Positions 1 through 10,383 of a stretch of DNA of 20,000 nt are shown here, one piece after another. Each line of letters starts with the position of its first letter. Position 1 is the stretch's first letter. A program made the position numbers and the translations under genes. Location of the stretch: positions 115,763 to 135,762 of the forward strand of contig JABANN010000017.1 in NCBI GenBank assembly GCA_013115125.1, in the 5' to 3' direction. The notes under the pieces are model-generated. The model was given only the letters and a program-made list of their open reading frames with translations, was not told the DNA's origin and ran no database searches. This DNA is from Perkinsus olseni. Taxonomy: Eukaryota.

Positions 1-3000
1 CTGGCTTGTCGCACAGTACGACCTGCTTAGCCAGTTCTGGATCCGTACTGAGGAGCCTCCAGTAGAGATAACCCCGGTCCCTCAAATCCGGATTGCTACT
101 GTACTCCGTACACAGTTGAAGGACCTGACAGCATCGAGTAAGGAGATGATAGGATAGAGACGAAGACCAGCCTTGCTATCGAGCGGCCCTTACCTGGGTG
201 ACCATCGGCTGCCCAACATCAGGACATTTCAAGAACAGCTTCACGATGGCCGTCAGCAGCTGCAGCTGTACACTGACTGGCTCATCAGTGAAGAACTCCA
301 TGAAGGTATTCAGGACCTGTATTGCGGGAAATGTACAAAAGTCAGCGGAGCGAAGCAGCCTACGTACCGCGTCAACGTTCTCTATATGCTCAGCATACTC
401 TCCCAGCATCCAGATCATGCTCGCCTTCGCTTCCGGCTGATCCAAGGACTCCAAGTTGTCACATAGTGCCGAAATAGCCTTCTCGTATCTGCCAATGACC
501 GAAGCGTGTACTCAGCACCCTACTGTTAATAACCGGCCAAAAAGCGACTGAGAACACTGCCGGCCAACGCAGATAGTCCCAGCAGCGGCAGAGGCCCTCA
601 TCTATCTTCCATCAACCACCCTCCTACTCTATATGATATTTCCGCAGGATATCAGCCACCACCACTACCGCCTCCTGTACCTGAACAGCCGTCATGAGCA
701 GCACAGGTCGTCATCCTCTGACCCCGCCATCCACCACTTACGATATGATTGACCTTCATATCGATGAGCTCGAGGAGCACGGGCATGGCCTTCCTCGCTA
801 CCCCATTCACTTCAACCGCTACTCGCCCGATCGCTCGGACCTATGCATGACGACCTTGGTCTCAGGTGACCAAACAGCCGGCGCTCACTGCGCGCGAGGT
901 GAGCAGGAGCGATGTGAAGTGACGCTCGATCATTACAGATTATAAGATAACCCTTTGGCCTTCAAAACAAGACGTAGGTCAATCTCGCAGATTGTAGGTC
1001 AGCTCATCGACATACAGTCAGTAGAATCGGAACTCACCGCTTTCCGAGAGAAGTCTACATCAACATCAGCGGCATACTCCTTGAATTCCGACAAGACCTG
1101 CGAGGATGAATAGTCGACTGCACTTAGTCGATACGACCTCCCACCTGCTCGGCGTTCTTGGAGGTACACAGGCGGACCATCATGTCCACCTTCTCTATTT
1201 TCAAGTAGATAGGGTCGGTATACCTGAACCAACGCCGATTCTCACATCGCAAATAAGCCAAATACTAGCACATAAGCGGTGAACCCGACCATCATTAGCT
1301 CAGAACAAGGAAAGGGATGCGGCGTATCTCTATACTAGTAGCAGTGTATTCAGATAGTCGGAATGCCCACGGAGCCCTGTAGGTATCGATGGCCCAGCAC
1401 AGAGCGGTGAATGATCATCACGGATGATCATCAAACGGTGAGTCATACGCGGAAAGCCTCGGTAGTCAGCACGAGCAGAGTTCATGCTCTACGGTCGTAT
1501 GGCCGCCATGCGCCCCAGGAGGACCCTCCCACCGCTCCGTTGTACTACCGGCAGAAAAAGATCTTCACATCACTGTTCATAACTTGGGGCCACTTTTGTA
1601 CTATCAAGTTTAGATTGCGAATGGCTACATACCTAAAGATAGGCCCGTTGCTCCCTGAAGAGCACGCTTGAAGCTAAGATGCGCCTACTGTATCTCTGGC
1701 GGGTTCGACAGGAGAGACACGAGCGGAGGGTGCAGCTTCTTCACCACCTGCTTCACGAACTCGTCGTTCTCTGACACCTTGTCCAAGTCGCACATAATCA
1801 CTAACAACATCCACAGGATCCGGGAAAAATTTGGTATTTCCCCTTCACACTGACCTCTCACCGCAGCCATGACAACTGCCGGATTGGCATGCGAGAGCCG
1901 CGCCGTTACACGCTCGATAACACCTTCCGCATCCTGTGAACCTAGCAGCGACCTCAAGATACTTCCCCACTCCCCTGTGCTCACTGGTAGGTTCATAGAG
2001 AGCAATGCCGTCCAGCAGCATGACTTGCCCCCACTCGGTACACTCGTTAAGAGCTGAAAATGCAACGGTGTGAGCTGTGATGCCGTGGACACCCCATCTA
2101 CCTGCAAGGAGCTTCTCAACCATGCCCGAGTTCATGCCTAGGACTGACGGATCCTCCTTGCTCTCGGACAACTCCAACAGACTTGCCACAGCGTTCGCTA
2201 CGACCACCGGGTTCCTGAAATGACCAGGACTCAATTTGCTCGTCTCTCCTGGTGGAAAAAACAGCGGAAGCCACGAAATCATGCATGGCGACCGAACCCC
2301 CCGTGTCGAACGAAAAATTTCTCTACGCTACCGCGCACTCCCAGCACTCGCAGCAAACGGCTGCCGCGACTCTATGGTCAGCCAGGGTTTACGATCTCCT
2401 CACCTGTCTCCAGTCATGTCCCTCAAAACCTCAATGAACCCTTGATCTTCCACCACTTCGGGATTTATCTAATACCACACCAATATCAACACGCGTGCGC
2501 AAACTACGTCAATCAGAAGTCCCCCCCCAAAAGCAATCCCAGACCTTCCCTCTCCTCTCCTCCAGTCCACCCGAGACTACCTCCCACACTTTCGAGACAC
2601 ATATGGCCGCAGTTTTCCTCACATAGGGATCCTGGTCGCGGCAGCACCTTCGTAGAGGCTCTAGCAAGTACCTGGTGAGCTGGCTTCACGCGCCCGAAAA
2701 TTGAGAAATGCGTTCAACTCACTCGCAGATCTGATCGAGTCTGATGCAGCCCATCGTCCTCAGCGCGAGCGCGCGGATCAAAGGATTTGGATCACCTGAA
2801 TTGTCGCGAGAGCTGGCTGAACACTGCGATTCGGGAAAGGAGTGGTATGACGCAAAACAGGGAGACGCGAATAAACAAGAGGCACTTCCTCAGTACCTGC
2901 ATCCTTCATAAAAGTGTTGACAGCGAGTACCGCCAGCTCGGGTTGAGTCTTGGCGTAATTGAGGACCTAACCACGCAAGGCGTGGTATCTAAGGTCGAAG

Positions 3001-3552
3001 CATGCTTGAGACGGGAAGAGTACATATAAATAGACGAGCTTCTTGATCTCCATCTGGTTAGATTGCATGCATTGGACCATGTCCGGGAAGAGACTGGAGA
3101 CATCCTTACCAAGAGTCATACTCGCTATAACCTGACAGGGGAGCGGAGGTGATGAGAGTTGGACTGAGCGATTGATGGCTCGAGATGAGAGCAGCTTCGA
3201 ATCAAAGACGGTCCACTGGACGCTGGTGAGAGACTGAGTTTATAGCAAGGAAGAAGTCCACCGCCATATTGATGCTTCCAACTCATACAGAAGCTCGATA
3301 CGGATCCTCACGGGATCCCGACTCATCGAGATAGAAGGTCTCCCTCCTCCCCAGCTGGCCTACCCGCTTGATAGCATCTTTCTGCTTATGCTTGTCATGG
3401 CTATGCAACTCCTCCTTCATCTCGTGTATCTCGCTCCTCTTATTAGCGTGAAAGTACCGACCCTCCTTCTTCTTCAACACCTAATCCAATCAACTACCCC
3501 TTCTTCTACTACTACCGAGCCATCTACCCACCTTCGGCACCGCTGCCGACAT
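1..3552 (-). CDS. Adaptor protein complex beta subunit (beta-adaptin, AP-1/AP-2 beta), N-terminal trunk; about 19 exons; 3' end lies outside the window
   Basis: Manual splicing at GT-AG sites gives [34 protein letters not shown]...[29 protein letters not shown]...[47 protein letters not shown]...[13 protein letters not shown]...[12 protein letters not shown]...[11 protein letters not shown]...[10 protein letters not shown]...[11 protein letters not shown]...[25 protein letters not shown]...[14 protein letters not shown]...[19 protein letters not shown]. These are hallmark beta-adaptin blocks. ATG at 3552-3550. Confidence 0.95.
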
Positions 3553-3678
3553 CTTGCTCTGCAGATGATGAAGACTCTTCAGATTCAACGAGCTCATCAC
3601 GCAAGGCAGCCCACTCAAAAAACAACAACTGCCGCCAACCTCATTTGACCCACTAAGCGCAACATCACCATTCACAAC

Positions 3679-4887
3679 TCACGAAATCGCATCAGCGAGC
3701 CTTCCGAGCGCCTTCTGTAAAATGGCGATTTGCCCGCGCAAGAAACCTTCGATCATTTCGCTGGCGCCCCCTTCAGTCAGAGCGTGTAGCCGCGACTCTA
3801 TCTCCTGCTGTATCACCGCGCCACATAATGCTCGAGCTTCCCGCTCGTGCCCAGCATTGCCCAGAGAATCCCCGTACACTACGTTCTGCAACGACGCGGA
3901 GATGCCATGAAGTCTGGCAATTTTCAGGCGCGCGGTAGTCGAGAAACTGTGCGATAGGGAGCCGTCGAAGCCTACAAAAAGGCCGCTGTCGATCAGCTGC
4001 TCGACGGCCTCGCCGGGACTCCGCAATCTTTCCGCCGCGACTTGGACACTCTCGAAGCGGCAATCGCCATGAAGCTCAGCAGTTAGCGTTGAAAAACCGT
4101 AGCGCATGAGGAGGTCCGTGCTAGCGCAAGTGCTGTACATAACGAAGAACTGTTCTCCCTCAGTGTACTCCCGCATCGCAGTGAACTCATACCGGTGTTC
4201 TCGGACGTTATAATTGCCGCACCTTCTCTCCATGCCACATTTCCCCGAACTCTCCTCAGAATATGCCCCTGGACTGTGATTCACCATGTCCCCCACAGGC
4301 ACCAGGCAGACTCCACCAAGCCGATGATAGCAGCCTCGAGTTTCGATCGTCCAGTAGGCCCATTCGATATCTTCCTTTCCGTATCTTCCGCTCGTAACCT
4401 TGCCAATTTTCTCACAGAAAATCTTGCACGTGCGCTCCGCCTTCCCAAGCTCCACAGCAAGAACACTGGACGCTGCAGAAAATATCTTCTTGTCGACTTC
4501 AGTCCAATACGAAATCGTTGGATACTTCGACGGCAACGTCCGAAGATACAGAGACCGCCAATCAGAAGGACCTAAATCACTGCGGGATCTCTCTAGCAGC
4601 CGTAGTAGTACCAACGCCAAGAGCTCCGCTCCGCTTAGGATTTTCTCCAATTTCCCAATCCATCTTCGGTAGGCTTCTGAGTCGTCCTTGAGACACGGGC
4701 TGTTTGCGTTTGCTGTTATAACGAGCAGCCCAGGAATGCCAACAGCCACTTGACCGCCCCTCATCCTTTCCTTGACGCAGACACCTCGACCCGCGCCGCT
4801 GAAATCCTCTATAGATATCCGACTAAGTTCAGCATTCGGTGTTGAGTTGATAAGATTGAACAGAGACACCAGCGGGTCCGAGGCCAT
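3679..4887 (-). CDS. SET-domain lysine/histidine methyltransferase, Rubisco-LSMT/SETD3/SETD4-like; single long exon
   Basis: Uninterrupted ORF with SET motifs GAGRGVCVK..GGQVAVGIP, W..YLRTLP, WAYWTIETR, LVPVGDMVNHS, GEQFFVMY and DLLMRYGF. First ATG at 4887; the ORF-track start at 4902 is a GTG. Confidence 0.85.
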   Translation of the reverse strand: MASDPLVSLFNLINSTPNAELSRISIEDFSGAGRGVCVKERMRGGQVAVGIPGLLVITANANSPCLKDDSEAYRRWIGKLEKILSGAELLALVLLRLLERSRSDLGPSDWRSLYLRTLPSKYPTISYWTEVDKKIFSAASSVLAVELGKAERTCKIFCEKIGKVTSGRYGKEDIEWAYWTIETRGCYHRLGGVCLVPVGDMVNHSPGAYSEESSGKCGMERRCGNYNVREHRYEFTAMREYTEGEQFFVMYSTCASTDLLMRYGFSTLTAELHGDCRFESVQVAAERLRSPGEAVEQLIDSGLFVGFDGSLSHSFSTTARLKIARLHGISASLQNVVYGDSLGNAGHEREARALCGAVIQQEIESRLHALTEGGASEMIEGFLRGQIAILQKALGRLADAIS

Positions 4888-5548
4888 GACGGAGAGCGTC
4901 ACTGAGAGAGCGGCGAGGCTGCCGTTATCAGGGATTGCGATGGCAACCTCTCCACGGTCAATACTCCTATTCTGAAACTCAAAGTCGATTCCGCAATTGA
5001 CACGATTTCACACGTGAAATTCAGTTTGATCGATGCCGAGTTCCAGAGTTGGTTTATTGGAACGCCGCAGGTATTTACTACGTAGAACGTCGTAGAAACC
5101 AGGCCTCATCAATTCCAGGTAGCCTTTGCGAGCGCAAACGGACCTTGCGTAGGGTATCGATCACACGGGCGCGCGCGATGTTCAGATTCGCGGGCCCCAA
5201 CGAAGGTTTAGCGTAGCTTAGGCCTCCAAGAAGTGACCATTATCGTGGGAGTATGCGTCGGGTCTGGTTACACGGGGAGTGATACTTAGTGAGCTTCTGT
5301 TGTCAACGCTATAGCTGCCAAATTGCGCTGAGAACTTTCGAGATGGGAGGGGTTTTGAGCATTTTCTACGGGAGGAAATGCCCCCGAGATGTGGTACAAT
5401 TTCGTGGCGAGTGAACGTTTGAGTTGTCTCTGGCTGAGCTTAGTAGCGAGATTCACTGCGCGCGGGCGAGCATCTTGGGTTGAACGACGCAGGATACAGA
5501 ATGGGTCGGAACCTGGGTCATCGTTTCAGTCGAATTTCTTAGACTCGG

Positions 5549-7749
5549 ATGATTTCCAGCACCCAGGCATTCGCTAACGCAGCTGCCGCTGCCGATAGGA
5601 TCAAGAATGTCCACCTGATCGAGCTTTTGGCCGATGAAGGTACTAAAAATCCAATAGCTAGCCTCGGCGATCTCGACTCTTCTCAGAGCGCAACAAGTCC
5701 ATGTTCGTGGCCCCTTCTGACCTCAAGGGTTTGACTTTGGATTATTCCAGAGAGCGTCTCAATGAGGCTTCCCGTAAGGCTCTTTTTGACTTGGCCAAGG
5801 AGGCCCATCTCGATCAGAAGATTGAGGATATGTTTAACGGTAAGTGTAGGAAGAATAAGCGGGAAGCTCTCGCTGGAGACAGGATGTCTTTGTAGGCGTC
5901 AAGATTAACACCACTGAGAAGAGGGCCGTGCTACACACTGCCTTGAGGGATCCTCGCGACGCCAAGGTTACTGTCGATGGCAAGAATGTCGTCGAGGATG
6001 TTTGGGTAATAGGGAGAGTTCGTGGTTGGCAAGCTAGAGGTCTATGGTTCTATTCCCGCCCCGATTGATATTCATCTCGGTTCTCTTCAGAGAGTCCTGG
6101 ACCAGATCAAGACGTACTCCGAGAAGGTCCGCTCCGGTGAGCACCGCGGTGTGACCGGCAAGGTTCTCAAGAACATCGTCTGCGTCGGCATCGGCGGCTC
6201 TTACTTGGGTACTACCACTTGGGTTCAGGGACAGTTGCGTCGTTAACTACTGGCCATTAACATTAATTTCGCTCTGGCTTATCCATTTCTAGGCGGAAAT
6301 TCTCTTTCTCAGGCCCTGAGTTCGTCTTCGAGGCCCTTCGCACTGACCCTGAGGCGAAGAAGGCCGCTGAGGGAAGGACCTGCAAGTTCCTCGCCAATGT
6401 CGATCCTATTGATGTTGAGAGGGCCCTCGAAGGCCTCAACGCTGAGGAAACTCTTCTTGTCGTCATCTCGAAGACCTTCACCACTGCTGAGACCATGCTC
6501 AACGCGAAGACTGTTCGCCAGTGGTTGTTCGACAATCTCGGCAAGTCCCCTGAGGTCGTGAGCAAGCATGTCTGCGCATGCTCCACCGCCTTGAAGCTGA
6601 CCAAGGAGTTTGGCATTGACGATGAGAACGTCTTTGCCTTCTGGGACTGGGTCGGGGGTCGTTACTCCGTCTGCTCCGCTGTCGGTTGCGTCCCTCTGGC
6701 CCTACAGTACGGCTTCGAGCAGGTCAACCAATTCCTTCAAGGTAATAATATTAACTTACTTATTTCCGCTGGCCGTACTCGTGTCTTGTTGCTTCAGGTG
6801 CCCACATGATGGATGAGCATTTCCGTAACACTAAGGATTTGACTCAGAACATCCCTGCTCTCATGGGTCTCATTGCTGTCTGGAACAGCACCTTCCTTGG
6901 CGCCTCTTCGACGGCCATCCTGCCCTACTGCCAGGCTTTGGTGAGGTTTGTCGCTCATATCCAGCAACTTGACATGGAAAGTAACGGCAAGCGTGTAACT
7001 CTCTCTGGCCACGCTGTGGACTACAGCACCGGTAAGACTGGGAGTCGGGTTGGTTACCGAAAATCTACTTGAATCTTGTTTCACTTCTGATGAGATTCAA
7101 CTCTCTCTTATGTGGCAGGTATGGTCCACTTCGGTGAGCCCGGTACCAACGGTCAGCACTCATTCTACCAGGAGCTCCATCAGGGCACTACTATCGTCCC
7201 CAGTGAGTTCATCGGCTTCGCCAAGTCGCAGAACCCTATCAAGCTTGCCGGCGAGCCCGTCAGCAATCATGACGAGCTTATGTCGAACTTCTTCGCCCAG
7301 CCCGACGCTCTCGCCTACGGCAAGGGCTATGACCAGCTCGACAAGGAGGGTGTAAGTGGCACTGGCGATGGCGCTTGGTATGCTGCTCAACTGTTCTCGT
7401 TTAGGTCCCTTCTGAGCTCATGGAGCATAAGTACTTCCCTGGCAACCGTCCCTCATTGTCGCTTCTATTCCCTGGTGCCTGCAGCGCCAAGTCTGTTGGC
7501 GCACTTCTCGCCTTGTACGAGCACCGTACTATGGTCCAGTCGGCCATCTGGGGCACCAACTGCTTCGATCAGTGGGGAGTCGAATTGGTAAGCCTGTACT
7601 CCAGCTGTCGCCTGCTAGGTTTACATTTCCATCAATCTTAGGGCAAGGTGTTGGCTAAGTCCGTCAGGGCTCACTTCGCCAACCCTTCCTCTGGTGTAGC
7701 CAACTTCTGCGGCCCGACTCAGAGGCTCCTCAAGCAGTACCACCAGTAA
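5549..7749 (+). CDS. GPI: Glucose-6-phosphate isomerase (cytosolic type); exons 5549-5639, 5687-5839, 5896-6005, 6091-6208, 6313-6741, 6798-7031, 7119-7351, 7405-7587, 7642-7749
   Basis: Spliced product contains [74 protein letters not shown] and [10 protein letters not shown]. All eight introns are GT-AG and preserve frame; ends ...QYHQ*. Confidence 0.97.
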
Positions 7750-7844
7750 GTCATGCCCGCCTCGCGAGGCTTCATGGTGCGTCGTACAATGGTCCTCTCA
7801 GGATGAAGTGATTGCTCTGATGCCGTATGTGGGAAGAACAACCA

Positions 7845-7862
7845 CTGCTGCTGCTGCTGCTG
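7845..7862 (+). repeat. (CTG)6 microsatellite in the likely GPI 3' UTR
   Basis: Read directly, about 100 nt after the GPI stop. Confidence 0.9.
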
Positions 7863-8282
7863 CTTGGCTGCTCGTGCTGTATGTACGCAACTCTACTACG
7901 CCCCTTATAACCCGCGACGTGACCGTTTCATCCTTCCCTCGAGTATTTCTCTACCAAAAGTGTGTCTAGCATTATGAAGAGTACTAAATATTATGATTGA
8001 AGTTACTTCAGGGAAACCGCCCTTCGTCGCGTTTTGGTGAATTCTGGGGGGACCATCTCTTGATTAGTATGAGCGTTTGTCTGATGGCAACCGTGCTTAC
8101 CGTGGCTGTGAGGGAGGCGAGTCGAAGTACTGGGGATCAGCTAAAAGGGGCGGCGTGTATCGGACGGAAAGTTTCAGACACATTTGGGTGTTGCATTCGT
8201 TAAGCGGTGGACATTTTGTGGGCTCAGTTTAGCTGCCCTGAAATTGATTGTCCGTCTATTGGCGGAAGTGCCGACGAGAGGC

Positions 8283-10383
8283 ATGCGGGTTTTCGTCAAT
8301 GATCGGTGAGTCGGTCGGTGTGGTCATTCCGGTCGAGAACTAGGGTATTGAAAACTTGGTAGCTCGGGATAGCCCTCAACCAGTCATGCTTGTCTTGAAC
8401 ACTGAACTGGTACGCTGGGGCGGCTCCTTGTCGGTAGGCTCGTCCGATGAGAGCTCTCGGATTCCTGTTGTTAACCCAGGACACCTGATCCAGGAGCAGC
8501 AGTCGTTCTCAGGTTTTGCGTTGACCTCAGTGATGCAGCCATCGGTAGAGGGGCTTTCAGCGAGGTACGCAGAGGACTGGACCTTCTCACAGGGGAAGCA
8601 GTTGCAATTAAGACGTACATGGTAATAGAAATGCATGGTTACTGTGGAGCCTACTCTTACTCGCGCATTATGTGCATCAACAGGCGGCAAGTCAGAAAGC
8701 CCTGGATTATTTTACTCGCGAAGTCCGAGTGCTTGACATGCTGAAGGTAATTCCGGGAAGCTATGGATATACTCACGATGCTTCGACATGGACGCGAGGC
8801 GCAATTCGGATCCTCCGGAGCATCATGACGGCGGACAAGAGTATTTGATGCCACCGACGGTGGACGGAGCAGAGCGAATCCCCAAGATGAGAGCTACACT
8901 TTTGCCCCGCAGGCTTACTGAGCGTTAGACTCTGAGCTACAAAAGTGCGTACGAAAGTATAAATAGTCGCTACCCGGATTTGAACCGGGGTTGTCACGGC
9001 CACAACGTGACGTCCTAACCACTAGACGATAGCGACACAGTATCAACTCTTCCCGGCGATAGTGTGCCCTCGCGAATGACCTACTGCGTTATCATCCTCG
9101 AAGGTCTTGAAATCACTGGGCCAACTATGAATGGGTTCATGATAGCGCTGGCGCGGGTCGCTTGGCACCGACTTCGTCCGCAGATTGGCTGTGGTTGACG
9201 GTCAACCGTTGACCTAACTCATGAATGCTTATCCTCCATCTTCAGCGAGGTCCTCAACAGAGTCACATTGCCATTCCCGAGTGGATCGATGATACTCGCG
9301 ATGGCGGCATGTTCATCCGGCTGCTCTCCTGCACCACGACCGAGTAATCAACAGCGCTAAGCCACCGCAGACCGAACCTCGTAGTCTTAGGGCTGGTACG
9401 CCAGGGCCTGATAGTCATGGAAATCTGATGATAGTGATGGAGATGGGCACCGAGACCCTCGAAACCTATGTGAGAAAGAAGTACTGCGAAGTGTCCACGA
9501 CACGGTTGTGCCACTGACGCCGTTGCTGCCCTTGGTCGGTCATTCACATTAGGCGAAGCGAGTCCCCTGGGAATTACCAGTTTGCTATCGACGAGCTCGG
9601 CGAGATCATCGTCAGACTTATCGACATCGTGGAAGCGCTTCATTCAATCGACATGGTGATTTGCCAAACCGTCAACCTCACCCCCACTCGCCTGCGTGCA
9701 GGTCCATCTGGACCTCAAGGCTGAGAATGTCATGAGGATGCGTGACGGCCAGTGGAAATTGATAGACTTGGGAGGGCTCATGTTGGACGGCTCCGTCATA
9801 TCGCCGGCTAACGGCGGATCGATAACATTCACGCCAGTGTGAGTCCTCCTGTGACATGGGGAGCAGGTTGATGGTGATAAGGGAAGGTACGCTTCCCCCG
9901 AACTGGGTAGGCCGATGGCTGCGTATCTTTCTGGCATCAGTGATCCTGATGATGAGAAACAGATCATTAGAGTTGCCAAGTCCATGGATGTGTGGGCGTT
10001 GGGAATCCTAATATCGAAGATAGTTCTCGGTAGGCGGCCGGTTCCCCATCGGGGCAGCAACAGCTCCGACACTAACTACGATACGGTCCTGTCCCATCCT
10101 CGCGGGAGCTGGCTGGAGTCTCGCCGCCCGAATCGTCAGTTGTCGGTCTTCGCTCAGGCAAGGAGCCGACCGCCGAGCTCTGGAAGAACTGCATGTCGGT
10201 TGCTGAAAGTGGATCCTCAGGAGAGGCCGACTTTTATCACTCTATTATACGATATTTCCGTCCCAGAGTCAGCGTTGGTAAACGGCTAGCCGAAGTAGAC
10301 CCGGACCTGGCCGATTTGATCCTCCAAATGATGACCGTGGATGAGAAGACGCGGGCAACCATCGGCGTCCTCAGAGGACATAG
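8283..10383 (+). CDS. Ser/Thr protein kinase (non-RD); predicted exons 8283-8305, 8513-8621, 8684-8746, 9246-9343, 9391-9480, 9553-9655, 9702-9838, 9887-10029, 10158-10383; last exon unresolved
   Basis: Splicing gives MRVFVNDR-FCVDLSDAAIGRGAFSEVRRGLDLLTGEAVAIKTYM-AASQKALDYFTREVRVLDMLK-...MFIRLL...LMIVMEMG...LHSIDM-VHLDLKAENV..WKLIDLG...TFTPV-YASPE...MDVWALGI...LADLILQMMTVDEKTRATI. Subdomains I-XI are in order and in frame. First and last exons are less certain. Confidence 0.88.
8941..8944 (-). terminator. Possible Pol III terminator (T4) for the tRNA-His gene
   Basis: TTTT on the minus strand about 20 nt downstream of the tRNA, preceded by shorter T runs. Confidence 0.45.
8965..9036 (-). tRNA. 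tRNA-His-GTG: tRNA-His (anticodon GUG)
   Basis: Minus strand: GTCGCTA TC GTCTAGTGGTTAGGAC G TCACG TTGTGGC CGTGA CAAC CCCGG TTCAAAT CCGGG TAGCGAC T. Perfect 7-bp acceptor, 5-bp anticodon and 5-bp T stems; A and B boxes intact; no intron. Confidence 0.97.

Noticed and set aside
6263..7390. Minus-strand ORFs over GPI, and similar shadow ORFs over the adaptin, SET and kinase genes
   Set aside because: Antisense shadows of codon-biased exons with no independent motifs.
7994..8360. MIEV.. at 7994 and VNDR at about 8295 suggested ubiquitin-like Hub1/UBL5
   Set aside because: The MIEV frame stops quickly, VNDR fits kinase exon 1, and no further Hub1 sequence is present.
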